DNA of 64,000 nt, from the NCBI GenBank assembly GCA_018895075.1, contig JAHIOW010000066.1, forward strand, positions 913 through 64,912. The letters run 5' to 3'. The notes beneath the pieces were generated by a model, which saw only the letters and a program-made list of their open reading frames with translations, did no database searches and was not told the DNA's origin. A program made the translations under genes and the position numbers. This document shows, one piece after another, positions 8,767-19,009 of this stretch. The stretch is from Candidatus Omnitrophota bacterium. Lineage in GTDB: Bacteria; Omnitrophota; Gorgyraeia; Gygaellales; Profunditerraquicolaceae. Positions within the stretch are counted from its first letter, which is position 1. Every line of letters begins with the position of its first letter.

Positions 8767-9870
8767 TTAAAATACTGTTCTTGTTCTGTTGATATTCGCC
8801 AATATCCCCAAAGATATAAAAGTTACAAATAGGCATGAACCGCCATAACTGGCCAAAGGCAAAGGCAGGCCTACAACCGGGGCAAGCCCAAAGGTCATGG
8901 CGATATTGATAAAGACCTGAATAACCAACATCAAAGAGATCCCCCAGGCCAATAGTCTACCAAAGTAATCCTGCGTACGCAGGGCAATCTGAATACCTTG
9001 CCTAATTAAAAGATAATATAAAAATAATACTATGATACTCCCTGCCAGGCCCCACTCTTCGGCAAGCGTAGCAAATATAAAGTCAGTATGCGATTCGGGT
9101 AAGAAATGCAGCTGGCTCTGTGTCCCACAAAGCCACCCCTTGCCAAAGATTCCGCCTGAGCCAATGGCAATCTTAGATTGAATTATAGTATAGCCTGCGC
9201 CCAGGGGGTCTATATTAGGATTTAAAAATACTAAGATTCTCTCCTGCTGATAGTCTCTTAAGAAATGCCAGAATACAGGCCCGGAGAATAAGGCAACCAG
9301 CAAAAATATCAGTATGTATCTTAACCTTACCCCCGCAAGATAAAGCATGGCTATAAATATAAAAGATATCAAGACCGCGCTTCCTAAATCTGGCTGTTGT
9401 ATAATCAACCCCATAGGGACAGCTACAAATATAAATGGAAAAAGTAGACCGCGCAATATTCCAAATCTGCTTGCCCTTAGGGAAATATCATCAACTGATT
9501 TCGAACTAAAATATCTTGAGAGAAATATTACAATAATTAATTTTGCCAACTCTGACGGCTGAACATTAAACCAGATAACTCTCAGCCAGCGCTGGGCGCC
9601 TAGACGACTAATCCCCAATACAAATACCAATAATAACAATAATATCATCAAGGCATAGAGGATATATGTAATATCCCAAAGGCGACGATAATTCAAATTA
9701 GACATAATCAGAAAAAAAACCAAGCCTAAGATAACCCATAATATCTGACGTTGATAAATTAGTTCCCAGAATTTACCTTCTTTCTGGTAGGTGCAACTAT
9801 AGATAGAAAGAATGCCGATGGAGGCGATTAAGAGAGCAATTAATAGTATTATAAACTTAGGATTTCGCAT
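8767..9870 (-). CDS. rodA: Rod shape-determining protein RodA (SEDS family peptidoglycan glycosyltransferase)
   Basis: Ten-TM SEDS protein ending GLPLPLASYGGSCLFVTFISLGILANI, immediately downstream of mrdA. Confidence 0.85.
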   Translation of the reverse strand: MRNPKFIILLIALLIASIGILSIYSCTYQKEGKFWELIYQRQILWVILGLVFFLIMSNLNYRRLWDITYILYALMILLLLLVFVLGISRLGAQRWLRVIWFNVQPSELAKLIIVIFLSRYFSSKSVDDISLRASRFGILRGLLFPFIFVAVPMGLIIQQPDLGSAVLISFIFIAMLYLAGVRLRYILIFLLVALFSGPVFWHFLRDYQQERILVFLNPNIDPLGAGYTIIQSKIAIGSGGIFGKGWLCGTQSQLHFLPESHTDFIFATLAEEWGLAGSIIVLFLYYLLIRQGIQIALRTQDYFGRLLAWGISLMLVIQVFINIAMTFGLAPVVGLPLPLASYGGSCLFVTFISLGILANINRTRTVF

Positions 9871-9882
9871 CTTTTGACTTTG

Positions 9883-11595
9883 TTACAGAACCCCCTCCTT
9901 GATCATCGCCTCTATTATTTCTCTGGCTAATACGCAGGAGGCAAATCCTGAGCCGCCGTGTTCTAACAATACACAGATAACAAATTTCGGATTTTCAAAA
10001 GGAAAGAATCCCGCAAACCAGCCATGGGATTTCTGGCCAGGCGCGACCTGGGCAGTTCCGGTCTTACCGGCAACGGAAACAGACAGATTAGATAATACAT
10101 TACCCGTACCATTAGGGTCTGCTATAACATTTTTTAAGGCCCCCCTTATGTAATCGATGGTGCTTTCTTTAATAGGTACACGCGTAATCTTCCTCTGGCT
10201 AGTAATACGCTGACCCTCTATAGCCTTAACGATATAAGGAGTGATAAGGATCCCTTTGTTGGCAAATACCGCCATCATGCGGCTAATCTGCAGAGGAGTA
10301 ACTAACAGTTCTCCCTGGCCTATAGAAAGATTTGCAGTATCGCCATCAAACCAATTCTGGAATTTATAGATTCTTTTTAATAGGGGGCTGGGCACAAAAC
10401 CGCCTGCCTCATATGGCAACTCCACTCCGGTAGGCTTTGATAAACCAAACTTAAGGGCATAATTGTGTATTAGTTGGGCACCGAGAAGAAGACCGGTCCT
10501 GTAGAAAAAAATATTGCAAGAATGCGTAATAGCATTATATAAGTTCTGTTGATTATGCCTATCCCAGCAAGAGAATTCCTGCCTTCCGATATGCATAGTG
10601 CCGGGGCAAGAAAATGTAGTTTCCGGGTTAATCTTGCCTGTCTCCAGGGCTGCGGTTGCCAATATTAATTTAAAGACCGAACCTGCAGGATAAAGGCCGC
10701 TGATGGCACGATTTATTAATGGCGCGTGGGGATTATTAAAAAGATTGGTAATTGAGGCCTCGCTCTTTTCCATAAATATAGAAGGGGCAAAATTTGGGTT
10801 GTTGGCCAGGGCTAAAATCTCGCCTGTATAGGGCTCCATGAGAATGACACTGCCTTTTTTATCTCGGAGTTTATCTTCGGCTATCTTTTGTATCTTTAAA
10901 TCCAAGGTCAGCTGAATATCTTTTCCGCTCTGCGGCGGCCTAAAACCTAACAGACGCACAATCCTGCCGCGATGGTCTACCTCTACCGACGACCCGCCTT
11001 CTTCCTGGCGTAAATAATAATCGTATTTTTCTTCCACTCCCCCAAAACCTACTATATCCTTGGCCTTATAGCCGTAATCTGCTAATTTTCTCAGGCGCCA
11101 GTGGTCAATCTCATTTAGATAACCGAGTACATGGCAGGCAAGCCTTTTATAAGGATATACCCTTTGGGGGTGAGGTTGTATAATTATATTGGCAAGGCCT
11201 GGTTTTAACTCTTCTAAGGCAAAAACCTTCTTTAGGTCAATATTCTTTGCCACTGTAACAGGTAGAAACGGTACAGTAAAGCCGCTGTTAAATGCCTCTT
11301 TTAAATCCTGGGGACTCCTACCTAGAACGCCAGATATTTTTGTCAGTGACTTCTCTAGGCCCTTCTCTTCCTGAGGCAAAATCATGACATCATAGGAAAG
11401 ATAATTATCTACAATAATATTTCCCTGGCGGTCAAGGATCCTGCCCCGCGTACCTGGTTGTGGTAGAAGCCGGATACAATTTTTATTACTTAATTCTCTG
11501 TATCTGTTGCCCTGTATAACCTGCAGATTAAAAAGGCCAAAGGCTAAAAATAAAAAAACAAATATTACTGCGGAATTAACAATCTTTGTTCTCAT
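9883..11595 (-). CDS. mrdA: Penicillin-binding protein 2 (elongasome transpeptidase)
   Basis: SxxK motif SVFK, SCN, KTGTA. Sits between mreD and rodA. Confidence 0.85.
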   Translation of the reverse strand: MRTKIVNSAVIFVFLFLAFGLFNLQVIQGNRYRELSNKNCIRLLPQPGTRGRILDRQGNIIVDNYLSYDVMILPQEEKGLEKSLTKISGVLGRSPQDLKEAFNSGFTVPFLPVTVAKNIDLKKVFALEELKPGLANIIIQPHPQRVYPYKRLACHVLGYLNEIDHWRLRKLADYGYKAKDIVGFGGVEEKYDYYLRQEEGGSSVEVDHRGRIVRLLGFRPPQSGKDIQLTLDLKIQKIAEDKLRDKKGSVILMEPYTGEILALANNPNFAPSIFMEKSEASITNLFNNPHAPLINRAISGLYPAGSVFKLILATAALETGKINPETTFSCPGTMHIGRQEFSCWDRHNQQNLYNAITHSCNIFFYRTGLLLGAQLIHNYALKFGLSKPTGVELPYEAGGFVPSPLLKRIYKFQNWFDGDTANLSIGQGELLVTPLQISRMMAVFANKGILITPYIVKAIEGQRITSQRKITRVPIKESTIDYIRGALKNVIADPNGTGNVLSNLSVSVAGKTGTAQVAPGQKSHGWFAGFFPFENPKFVICVLLEHGGSGFASCVLAREIIEAMIKEGVL

Positions 11596-11599
11596 TATC

Positions 11600-12121
11600 T
11601 TATTCCCAGTTCCAGGCCCCTTGAGGCAGCCATCTGGGGAAAGTTCGGAAAATCTTAAATACTAAAGGCGCAATAATGGCGGTATATAAAGATTCAAGAA
11701 ATGCAATACGCAGGGAAATACCCAAGGGGATAAAGAATCCACCTGAAAAAACCAATATTAATCCGGTGATTATATTGTGGGAGGCCGTAATAATAAATAT
11801 AACTGCCATAAGAATAAAGTTATTATCTATGGATATCCTTTTGGACAATTTCATAATTAGAAAACTCCATAATGGCAATAGCAGCGTATTTATGCCGAAT
11901 GTATTTATGCTAAAGGCATCTTTTAACACGCCGGCAAAGATGACAAAAAATATAACCCCCTTCAACTCGAAAAACAGACTCAAGATAACTACGACGATTA
12001 AAAAAAGGTCTGGTTTTACGCCAAATATCTTAAAATAATCTAAGACTGCAACCTCAAGCAACCCTAGAACGACAATAATAAATAAAAAAAACCACTTCCT
12101 CATTGGATTCCTTTCAATCAA
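11600..12121 (-). CDS. mreD: Rod shape-determining protein MreD
   Basis: Small polytopic membrane protein downstream of mreC in the mreBCD context. Confidence 0.6.
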   Translation of the reverse strand: MIERNPMRKWFFLFIIVVLGLLEVAVLDYFKIFGVKPDLFLIVVVILSLFFELKGVIFFVIFAGVLKDAFSINTFGINTLLLPLWSFLIMKLSKRISIDNNFILMAVIFIITASHNIITGLILVFSGGFFIPLGISLRIAFLESLYTAIIAPLVFKIFRTFPRWLPQGAWNWE

Positions 12122-12161
12122 CTAATGCCTATTGCTCTTAAGGCGTATGTCGCGGGGGATA

Positions 12162-12935
12162 CTATGGTATAATTATCAATACCTCTTCAATGCTAGATAG
12201 ATTAACCGCAGGTTTTATTATGGCGTAACGGGTCAAACCAGAAAGTTCTTCACCTACCTCTATTACTTCACCAATAAGCAGGCCTTTAGGATATGCATCG
12301 GTTAAACCCGAAGTTATAATTACATCGGAAATCTTAATATCAGCTCCTTTAGGTAAATATTTCATAATTAAAGAGTTTCCTAAAGTGCCGGATACAAGTC
12401 CTTCTTGACGGCTGCCTACGACTATGCAGGAAACCCCTAGATTCGGGTCATTAATGAGCATTATCTTGCTTGTAGATTCCGTGGTCTCAATAACCCGGCC
12501 TAGAAACCCCAAATAAGTCATGGCAGCCATCTCTTGCTTTATGCCATTATATCTGCCCTTATCGATAATAACTACTGAAGACCAGTTGTCCGGAGAACGG
12601 CCAATAACCCTGGCAGCAATTACCTTGTAAGGCGTTTTTTGTTTAAGGGAAAGGATGTCATTCAATCGCCTATTTTCAAGATAAATCTCATCTAGAGTAT
12701 TGATTTTGTTTCTTAATAAATCTACTTCTCTTTTCAATCCTTCATTTTGCATGAGATTACGATGATAAAAAATAATACCGCCAATCTCACGCCTGATTAA
12801 TGTTAATAAACTAAGGGGATATTTGAAGGTGCTTAATATCGTAGTTCTTAAGGCAGGATTTAAACTGGAAAGCAATGTAAGCAGAAATATAGAAACGGCT
12901 AAATAGATTAAGCTTTTCTTTTTAAACTTCAACAC
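12162..12935 (-). CDS. mreC: Rod shape-determining protein MreC
   Basis: N-terminal TM, coiled-coil, C-terminal beta domains. Positioned between mreB and mreD. Confidence 0.75.
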   Translation of the reverse strand: MLKFKKKSLIYLAVSIFLLTLLSSLNPALRTTILSTFKYPLSLLTLIRREIGGIIFYHRNLMQNEGLKREVDLLRNKINTLDEIYLENRRLNDILSLKQKTPYKVIAARVIGRSPDNWSSVVIIDKGRYNGIKQEMAAMTYLGFLGRVIETTESTSKIMLINDPNLGVSCIVVGSRQEGLVSGTLGNSLIMKYLPKGADIKISDVIITSGLTDAYPKGLLIGEVIEVGEELSGLTRYAIIKPAVNLSSIEEVLIIIP

Positions 12936-12951
12936 ATCTTATTTTCAAAAC

Positions 12952-14025
12952 CTAAGAGTGCATTTCAGATTTTATGGGGACAGTAACCTTTTTTAGATAA
13001 CGTATCTCATCCAGGACTATGCCTGTACCGCAGACTACGGCAGTTAAAGGGTCGTCGGCAATGTGCACGGGTAATCCTGTCTCTTCAGATACCAGCTTAT
13101 CCATGCCTCTTAATAGCGCCCCGCCGCCTGCGATAACAATACCATGTTCTATTAAATCCGAAGATAATTCGGGCGGGGTCCTTTCTAGAGATACCTTGGT
13201 TATCTCTAATATAGCGCGCAAAGGTTCCTGTAGCGCCTCTCTTATCTCTTCCGAAGTTATTGTTATTGCCTTAGGCAGACCGGCAACCAAATCCCTTCCC
13301 TTTACCTCCAGCGTCATCTCTTCCTCTTGGGGATAGGCAGAGCCAATTTTTATCTTTATCTCCTCGGCAGTGCGCTCGCCAATCATCAAATTATATGTCT
13401 TCTTTAAATATTCAATAATGGCATCGTCCATCTCGTCTCCGCCAATGCGTATGGACTTAGAAAAAACAATGCCTGCCAGTGAGATAACGGCAATCTCGGT
13501 CGTGCCTCCGCCGATATCTATCACCATATTGCCTATGGGTTCTTGTATAGGAAGGCCCACGCCGATTGCCGCGGCAATCGGTTCCTCGATTAAAAATACC
13601 TCTCTGGCGCCCGCGCGCTCTGCAGAATCCTTAACTGCGCGCTTCTCCACTTCTGTAATCCCTGAAGGTATGGCTATAACTATCCGGGGCCTGACTAGAA
13701 CGTGACGATGATGTACCTTCTTTATAAAATATCTTAACATCGCCTCAGTTATTTCAAAATCAGCAATAACCCCGCCTTTCATTGGCCTAATAGCCACGAT
13801 ATTGCCGGGCGTGCGGCCAAGCATACGTTTGGCCTCTTCTCCTACGGCAAGGACCCGGGATGTACCTCGCTCAATAGCCACCACTGAGGGCTCACAGAGA
13901 ACAACGCCTTCGCCTTTTACATAAACCAGGGTCGTAGCCGTACCTAAATCAATACCCATATCATTGGAAAATAAACCCAGTAAATAATTAAACAATTTTT
14001 TGGCTATTTCTTTAAATTCTCTCAT
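12952..14025 (-). CDS. mreB: Rod shape-determining actin homolog MreB
   Basis: [16 protein letters not shown]..., [13 protein letters not shown], actin-fold phosphate motifs. Shine-Dalgarno aggagag sits upstream. Confidence 0.9.
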   Translation of the reverse strand: MREFKEIAKKLFNYLLGLFSNDMGIDLGTATTLVYVKGEGVVLCEPSVVAIERGTSRVLAVGEEAKRMLGRTPGNIVAIRPMKGGVIADFEITEAMLRYFIKKVHHRHVLVRPRIVIAIPSGITEVEKRAVKDSAERAGAREVFLIEEPIAAAIGVGLPIQEPIGNMVIDIGGGTTEIAVISLAGIVFSKSIRIGGDEMDDAIIEYLKKTYNLMIGERTAEEIKIKIGSAYPQEEEMTLEVKGRDLVAGLPKAITITSEEIREALQEPLRAILEITKVSLERTPPELSSDLIEHGIVIAGGGALLRGMDKLVSEETGLPVHIADDPLTAVVCGTGIVLDEIRYLKKVTVPIKSEMHS

Positions 14026-14102
14026 CTTCTCTCCTTCAAGGTCTAATACCGAGAATTCTACCAGAGATTAAACCCTATGTCAAATAAAAAGTTAGCAAAA
14101 AT

Positions 14103-15461
14103 CTATCTAGGAGGGTATATCATTAAGGCCTCTAATTGACTCAAGAAGTCAGGGAATGATTTATTAATACAGGATACATCATCTATAAGGGTCTTACCTT
14201 CTGCGGCCAGGCCGGCTACAACCATACTCATTGCTGTGCGGTGGTCGCCAAAACTCTGGAGGCGGCAGCCCTTAAGTTTCTTGACGCCCTCAATGACTAC
14301 CTTCTCTGAATTGCCGTCTTTAAGAACTTTAACGATAGCGCCCATCTTCTTTAGATTCTCAGACATTGATCTTATGCGGTCTGTTTCTTTTACGCGTAGC
14401 TCACCTACGCCTTCAAATATAGTCTTAGCCTTTGCCTGAGAAGCCGCTACCATCAAAATTGGCAATTCATCTATTAAAGATGGTACTTCATTTTTTCTAA
14501 TTACTGTACCTTTTAATGAACTGCTTCTAACTATCAAATCTCCCATAGGTTCAATGCTCGATGCTCGATGTTCGGTACTCGATACTCGAATCTTTGCTCC
14601 CATCCTTTTCAGAACCTTAATTATTCCTGTGCGGGAAGGATTTAAACCTAGATTTTTTATCAAGATTTTTGCCTTTGGCAGTATGGTTGCTAAAACTATA
14701 AAAAAACTCGCCGAAGATACATCACCGGGTATATAAATTCTTTTGGGAGAAGCCAATTCTTTGTTTCCTTTTATAACTATTGTATTTTCAACAAGCTTTA
14801 TATCTGCTTTAAATAACTTTAACATACGTTCTGTGTGATCGCGTGTCTTTATCTGCTCAATCACCTTCGTATTTCCTTTTACATAAAGACCTGCCAGCAA
14901 TATTGCTGACTTTACCTGCGCAGAGGCAACAGGCATCCTGTAAGTGATAGGCTTAAGATTACCTCCGCTGATTGTAACCGGTGGATAATCTTCTGCTTTT
15001 AGCCCTTGATTTTTATGTCTTGCCTTTATTTCAACGCCCATTGAGATTAACGGTATGGTTACACGGCGCATTGGTCTTTGGAGAAGGGATCTGCCTGTTA
15101 TCAGTTTGACCCTAAAGGCTCTTCCTGCCAAGACACCTAAAATAAGTCGCAATGTGGTAGCAGAATCACCCACAAAAACAGGACTTTTGGGTTTCTTTAG
15201 CCCATAAAGTCCTTTTCCAAATACTGTAATTGCAGGACACCTTGCTGCCTGGGTCTTGAATTTTTGTGTTATCCTGATGCCTAATTTCCTAAAGGCCTTT
15301 ACTGTATAAATACAGTCTTTATTGGCAGGGAAATTCCTAATTACTGTCTTACCTTTACTGATTGCACTTAGGATTATCGAACGGTGGGCTATAGATTTGT
15401 CACCTAAAAGGGTAATTTCCCCTTCCAGGCGCAAGGCTGGCTCAACCCGAAGAGACTTCAT
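14103..15461 (-). CDS. aroA: 3-phosphoshikimate 1-carboxyvinyltransferase (EPSP synthase, class II-like)
   Basis: LRLEGEITLLGDKSIAHRSIILSAI (class II PGDKSISHR-like), 452 aa, EPT-family fold. Confidence 0.8.
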   Translation of the reverse strand: MKSLRVEPALRLEGEITLLGDKSIAHRSIILSAISKGKTVIRNFPANKDCIYTVKAFRKLGIRITQKFKTQAARCPAITVFGKGLYGLKKPKSPVFVGDSATTLRLILGVLAGRAFRVKLITGRSLLQRPMRRVTIPLISMGVEIKARHKNQGLKAEDYPPVTISGGNLKPITYRMPVASAQVKSAILLAGLYVKGNTKVIEQIKTRDHTERMLKLFKADIKLVENTIVIKGNKELASPKRIYIPGDVSSASFFIVLATILPKAKILIKNLGLNPSRTGIIKVLKRMGAKIRVSSTEHRASSIEPMGDLIVRSSSLKGTVIRKNEVPSLIDELPILMVAASQAKAKTIFEGVGELRVKETDRIRSMSENLKKMGAIVKVLKDGNSEKVVIEGVKKLKGCRLQSFGDHRTAMSMVVAGLAAEGKTLIDDVSCINKSFPDFLSQLEALMIYPPR

Positions 15462-16267
15462 TTAGTCTTTTGTATGACCTTATCGCCTTCGCTGACTTTA
15501 TTTTTTACCTCTGCAGACTCCAATCCCGCTGCAGACATAGAATCGTGAATCTTCTCTACTGTAACATCACATACGTATTTATCATCATGATAAACAGAAA
15601 ATATGTGACCCACCTTCACTCCCTCTCTGCTACCTAAATTTATCACCACAAAATTATAATCTTTATTTATAACCACTATTATACCTTCCAGGACTGAAGG
15701 CGCTTTCTCTTCTCTCTGTATATCAACTGATGCCTCTTCAAGAATATCACCCTCAGGGCCCACCACAATCTTACCCAGTTGGACATCGCGCTGGCCCCTA
15801 GAACGTTTTTCTAAAACCTCCATTTTTTTCACTAAATCTGCTTTTTTGGATTCCAGCTCATTAACCTTAACCTGCATCTTTTCCATATCTTTCTGTGTCT
15901 GATTAAGTTCCTTTTCTAAATTTGACTTTACCTCTTTCTGTTGCTCTAAATCTACCTTTAATTGTTCTATCTGGGTCAATGCTTCTTGTTTTAAATTTTT
16001 CTCCTGCTCTAAATCGCCGGTTAGCATATTTAACTGTTCTTGGGTTTCCTGTAATTTAAGTTCCAATGTAGAAATTATATTTTTGGCCTCTGCCAGCTTT
16101 GTTTCGGCTATCCTTTGCTTTATCTTTGTATCACCCAATTCCTCTTGGAGGGTTGTATTCTTTAGCCGTTCCTTTTGTAAAAGACAGAAGACTCCGCCTG
16201 CCAAAGATAAAGAAACCACTATTAATATAATTAATGTTACTATAGGGATACTTTTCTTATCCGCCAT
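15458..16267 (-). CDS. Membrane-anchored coiled-coil protein with C-terminal beta-rich (OB/NfeD-like?) domain; function unknown
   Basis: N-terminal TM (IVTLIILIVVSLSLAGGVF), about 140 aa of heptad-rich E/K/L/Q coiled coil, then a C-terminal region GIIVVINKDYNFVVINLGSREGVKVGHIFSVY. Confidence 0.5.
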   Translation of the reverse strand: MADKKSIPIVTLIILIVVSLSLAGGVFCLLQKERLKNTTLQEELGDTKIKQRIAETKLAEAKNIISTLELKLQETQEQLNMLTGDLEQEKNLKQEALTQIEQLKVDLEQQKEVKSNLEKELNQTQKDMEKMQVKVNELESKKADLVKKMEVLEKRSRGQRDVQLGKIVVGPEGDILEEASVDIQREEKAPSVLEGIIVVINKDYNFVVINLGSREGVKVGHIFSVYHDDKYVCDVTVEKIHDSMSAAGLESAEVKNKVSEGDKVIQKTK

Positions 16268-16372
16268 TCTTGCCTCCTTCTGGAATTCTATTCAGACTTC
16301 GGCTTAAAAGTTATAATGTTTTAAGTATAGCATCTGATATGAAAAAATCAAGTCCTATTTTTAATGAGCAGA

Positions 16373-16452
16373 TAATTTATGGAGCTCGTAAGAGCGACAT
16401 AAATTATAGCGAAGCGTCTGCGAATTAACCCCGCACCATAGTGGTGCGTGGT
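16373..16452. repeat. Member of the mosaic multi-hairpin repeat family (AATGAGCAG-stem / GNRA mini-hairpin / GAATTAAC-GC hairpin)
   Basis: aatgagcagataatttatgg-agctcgtaagagcga-cataaattat...tctgcgaattaaccccgcaccatagtggtgcgtggtaagtc. The stem GCAGATAATTTATG/CATAAATTAT..TCTGC covaries with other copies. Confidence 0.6.
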
Positions 16453-16463
16453 AAGTCATACTC

Positions 16464-17390
16464 TTACTTATTTAAAGATTTACTAAACTCTATCGGCAGA
16501 GCGCAAGAGAAATCTAGGAATTTTCCTGTACGCGGATGTGTAAAACCAATATATTTGGCGTGCAGTGCCAATCGGCTAAATTCATTATTTTTACCGTATT
16601 TATTATCACCCAAAATAGGATGCCCTATAAAATCAAGATGTACCCTCAGCTGATGGGTCCTGCCGGTAAAAGGCTCCAGCTCCAGAAAACTGGAGTCCTT
16701 TGCACGCCTTAAAGTCCGATAATATGTCTTAGCGTATCTTGTTTTCCTGCCAAAACCTACGGACATATTTTTTCTCTTATAAGGATGCCTGCCGATAGGT
16801 AGTTCAATTATATGCTCATCAAATTCCACGCTGCCTTTTACCAGGGCGACGTATTTTCGCTTCACGCTATGCTGGGAAAACTGTTGCCTAAGATGATGAT
16901 AAGCGACATTGTTCTTGGCAATAACCAAAAGCCCCGAAGTCTCCTTATCTAATCTATGCACGATACCAGGCCTATTGGGATTAACATCAGATAGATTCTT
17001 AAAGTGGTATAAAAGGGCGTTTACTAGTGTATGTTCGTAATTTCCTGGCGCAGGATGGACTACCAATCCCGAAGGTTTATTTATTACGGCTAAATCCTGG
17101 TCTTCATAAATAATATCCAAAGGGATATTTTCTGCCCTGATCTCATTTGTCTTTTTATCCTCAATCTGGATTCTAACTTCATCATCTGCCTTTACCTTAT
17201 AATGCGCTCGAGGCAAGGCAACGTTTTTTAAGACCACCTTGCCCTCTTTAAGTAACCTTTGTATAAATGTCCGGGAAAATCCAAGATTTTTATGTTTAGA
17301 AAATTCTAAGAGAAACAAATCTAAACGCATACCGGCGTCTTGCGGCGATATATTTAATTTATATTCTTGCATTTTCAATGAGTCCCGCAT
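16464..17390 (-). CDS. rluD: 23S rRNA pseudouridine synthase, RluA/RluD family, with S4 domain
   Basis: HRLDKETSGLLVIAKN catalytic Asp motif. N-terminal S4-like domain. Confidence 0.85.
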   Translation of the reverse strand: MRDSLKMQEYKLNISPQDAGMRLDLFLLEFSKHKNLGFSRTFIQRLLKEGKVVLKNVALPRAHYKVKADDEVRIQIEDKKTNEIRAENIPLDIIYEDQDLAVINKPSGLVVHPAPGNYEHTLVNALLYHFKNLSDVNPNRPGIVHRLDKETSGLLVIAKNNVAYHHLRQQFSQHSVKRKYVALVKGSVEFDEHIIELPIGRHPYKRKNMSVGFGRKTRYAKTYYRTLRRAKDSSFLELEPFTGRTHQLRVHLDFIGHPILGDNKYGKNNEFSRLALHAKYIGFTHPRTGKFLDFSCALPIEFSKSLNK

Positions 17391-18133
17391 TTGGCGGGAC
17401 GAATTGAGAAAAGTTTTATGCTGCTTAAGACAAATATTACCAGGCTTATAATCTGAAACAAGGTTAACTCTAGAAAAATAACCTCATTATCCGCACGTAA
17501 GAATTCAATAAAGAATCGAACTATCGAATAAAGCAGTAGATAAAGAAAGAAAATCTGGCCTTGGCGGTGAGGCCTGTCTTGTAAAAATCTTAAGAGCAGG
17601 AAAATGAAAATCAGCAGCAAAGAAGAATATAGTTGCGTCGGTATAAGAACTAACCTATGGACCGGGAAATAAAGGCCAAATCTGGATATCTTGCCAAAAC
17701 AACAACCGTTTAGCAAACAACCGATCCTGCCTATCGCCTGTCCCAATGCCACAAAGGGCACCACTAAATCAAGAATTTTATATAAGAGCGGATTCCTTTT
17801 CTTTAAATAGGCAACGCCAAAAATGATGCCCGCAAATAGCCCTCCGAACCAGGAAAGGCCTCCGTATTGTAGCATAATTATCTCAAGGGGATTTTTTATA
17901 TAATAACCCAGATTTTCGATTATATAAAAAATACGTGCTCCTATAATGCCGGCAACAAAAACCAGGAATGCAAAATTAAAGATTATACTGGTATCGATAC
18001 TTTGTTTTCTTGCCTCTGCCATCGCCAATACCACGCTTAGGCCAAAGGCAATACTAAGCATAAGGCCATAAGAGTAGACGGTAAAAGGACCTATCTTGCA
18101 GATTATGGGATACATTTTCAACTCAAAATTCAA
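17375..18133 (-). CDS. lgt: Prolipoprotein diacylglyceryl transferase
   Basis: Lgt signature GARIFYI...GGLSWFGGLFAGI. Seven-TM protein. Confidence 0.85.
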   Translation of the reverse strand: MNFELKMYPIICKIGPFTVYSYGLMLSIAFGLSVVLAMAEARKQSIDTSIIFNFAFLVFVAGIIGARIFYIIENLGYYIKNPLEIIMLQYGGLSWFGGLFAGIIFGVAYLKKRNPLLYKILDLVVPFVALGQAIGRIGCLLNGCCFGKISRFGLYFPVHRLVLIPTQLYSSLLLIFIFLLLRFLQDRPHRQGQIFFLYLLLYSIVRFFIEFLRADNEVIFLELTLFQIISLVIFVLSSIKLFSIRPAKCGTH

Positions 18134-18185
18134 AACGTAAAAGTCAAAACCACAACTAAAAATTAAAAACTTTTTACTTTTGACT
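18121..18185. repeat. AT-rich imperfect inverted repeat with a 7-nt A-tract period (terminator-like hairpin between lspA and lgt)
   Basis: aaaattcaaaacgtaaaagtcaaaacc...ttacttttgacttttaacttt. AAAAGTCAAAA pairs with TTTTGACTTTT. Related to the element at 21782..21887. Confidence 0.4.
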
Positions 18186-18617
18186 TTTAACTTTCAATAT
18201 AGACCATCCCAGCAATATTGCCCCAATTGTAATAGCGCTATCGGCAATATTAAACACAGGCCAGATGCGAAAATCCAAAAAATCTACGACATACCCTAAA
18301 AATAGGCGGTCAATAAGATTTCCCAATGCGCCTGCTAATATAAGGCTTAAGGAAACGTTATAAATAGAAAATTTTTTATATCTGGATTTATTAAGCTTAA
18401 AAACGGCCAACGCTACAGCAAATAAAGAAATAAAGATGAACAGGGGAATCTGATCTTTGAGGATTCCGAAGGCTGCGCCGCGATTATGGACGAGCGTCAA
18501 ATGAAATATCCCCTTTAGTATAGGCAGAGATTTGTTTAATATTAATTTTTTAGTGGCGAGAAATTTAGAAAGCTGGTCTAAAAAAAGGACGAGCAATATA
18601 AAGATAGGTGGCATCAA
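18174..18617 (-). CDS. lspA: Lipoprotein signal peptidase II
   Basis: NRGAAFGIL and FNIADSAITIGAILL motifs. Confidence 0.85.
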   Translation of the reverse strand: MMPPIFILLVLFLDQLSKFLATKKLILNKSLPILKGIFHLTLVHNRGAAFGILKDQIPLFIFISLFAVALAVFKLNKSRYKKFSIYNVSLSLILAGALGNLIDRLFLGYVVDFLDFRIWPVFNIADSAITIGAILLGWSILKVKSQK

Positions 18618-18624
18618 GGAATTC

Positions 18625-19008
18625 TTATCGCTTCTCTTTCTTCTCCTGGCACTTGAGGCAAAACCGGGCGTAGGGCACAGCCTTTAATCTGGTTTTTGAG
18701 ATGATTAACTTACATTCTTCGCATATACCGAATGTGCCTTCTTCTATTTTTTTCAAGGCATCGTCTAACTCATATAACGATTTTTGCCCGTTAGAGGCCA
18801 GGCCCAATGAAAACTCTCTATCGTATGTATCTGTGGCCACATCAGCCATATGATATGAATATCCGGAGATATCGCCAGCAGCGTCTTTTTGAGACTTTTT
18901 CAACGTATCTTCGGATATGTGCCTTATTTCTTCAAGTATTTCGTCTTTTCTTTTTAAGATCAATTTTTTGAAATACTCTAAATCTTTCTTATTCAATTTC
19001 CTTTTCAA
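18625..19008 (-). CDS. DksA/TraR-family C4 zinc-finger protein
   Basis: C-terminal CEECKLIIS...FCLKC (CxxC-x17-CxxC) after a coiled-coil region. Confidence 0.7.
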   Translation of the reverse strand: MKRKLNKKDLEYFKKLILKRKDEILEEIRHISEDTLKKSQKDAAGDISGYSYHMADVATDTYDREFSLGLASNGQKSLYELDDALKKIEEGTFGICEECKLIISKTRLKAVPYARFCLKCQEKKEKR

Positions 19009-19009
19009 T

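Noticed and set aside
14549-14585. gctcgat-type tandem repeat in aroA as a possible insertion or frameshift site
   Set aside because: The reading frame is intact across it, and the encoded segment lies in a loop region. It is listed under the heptamer-repeat finding rather than called a pseudogene.
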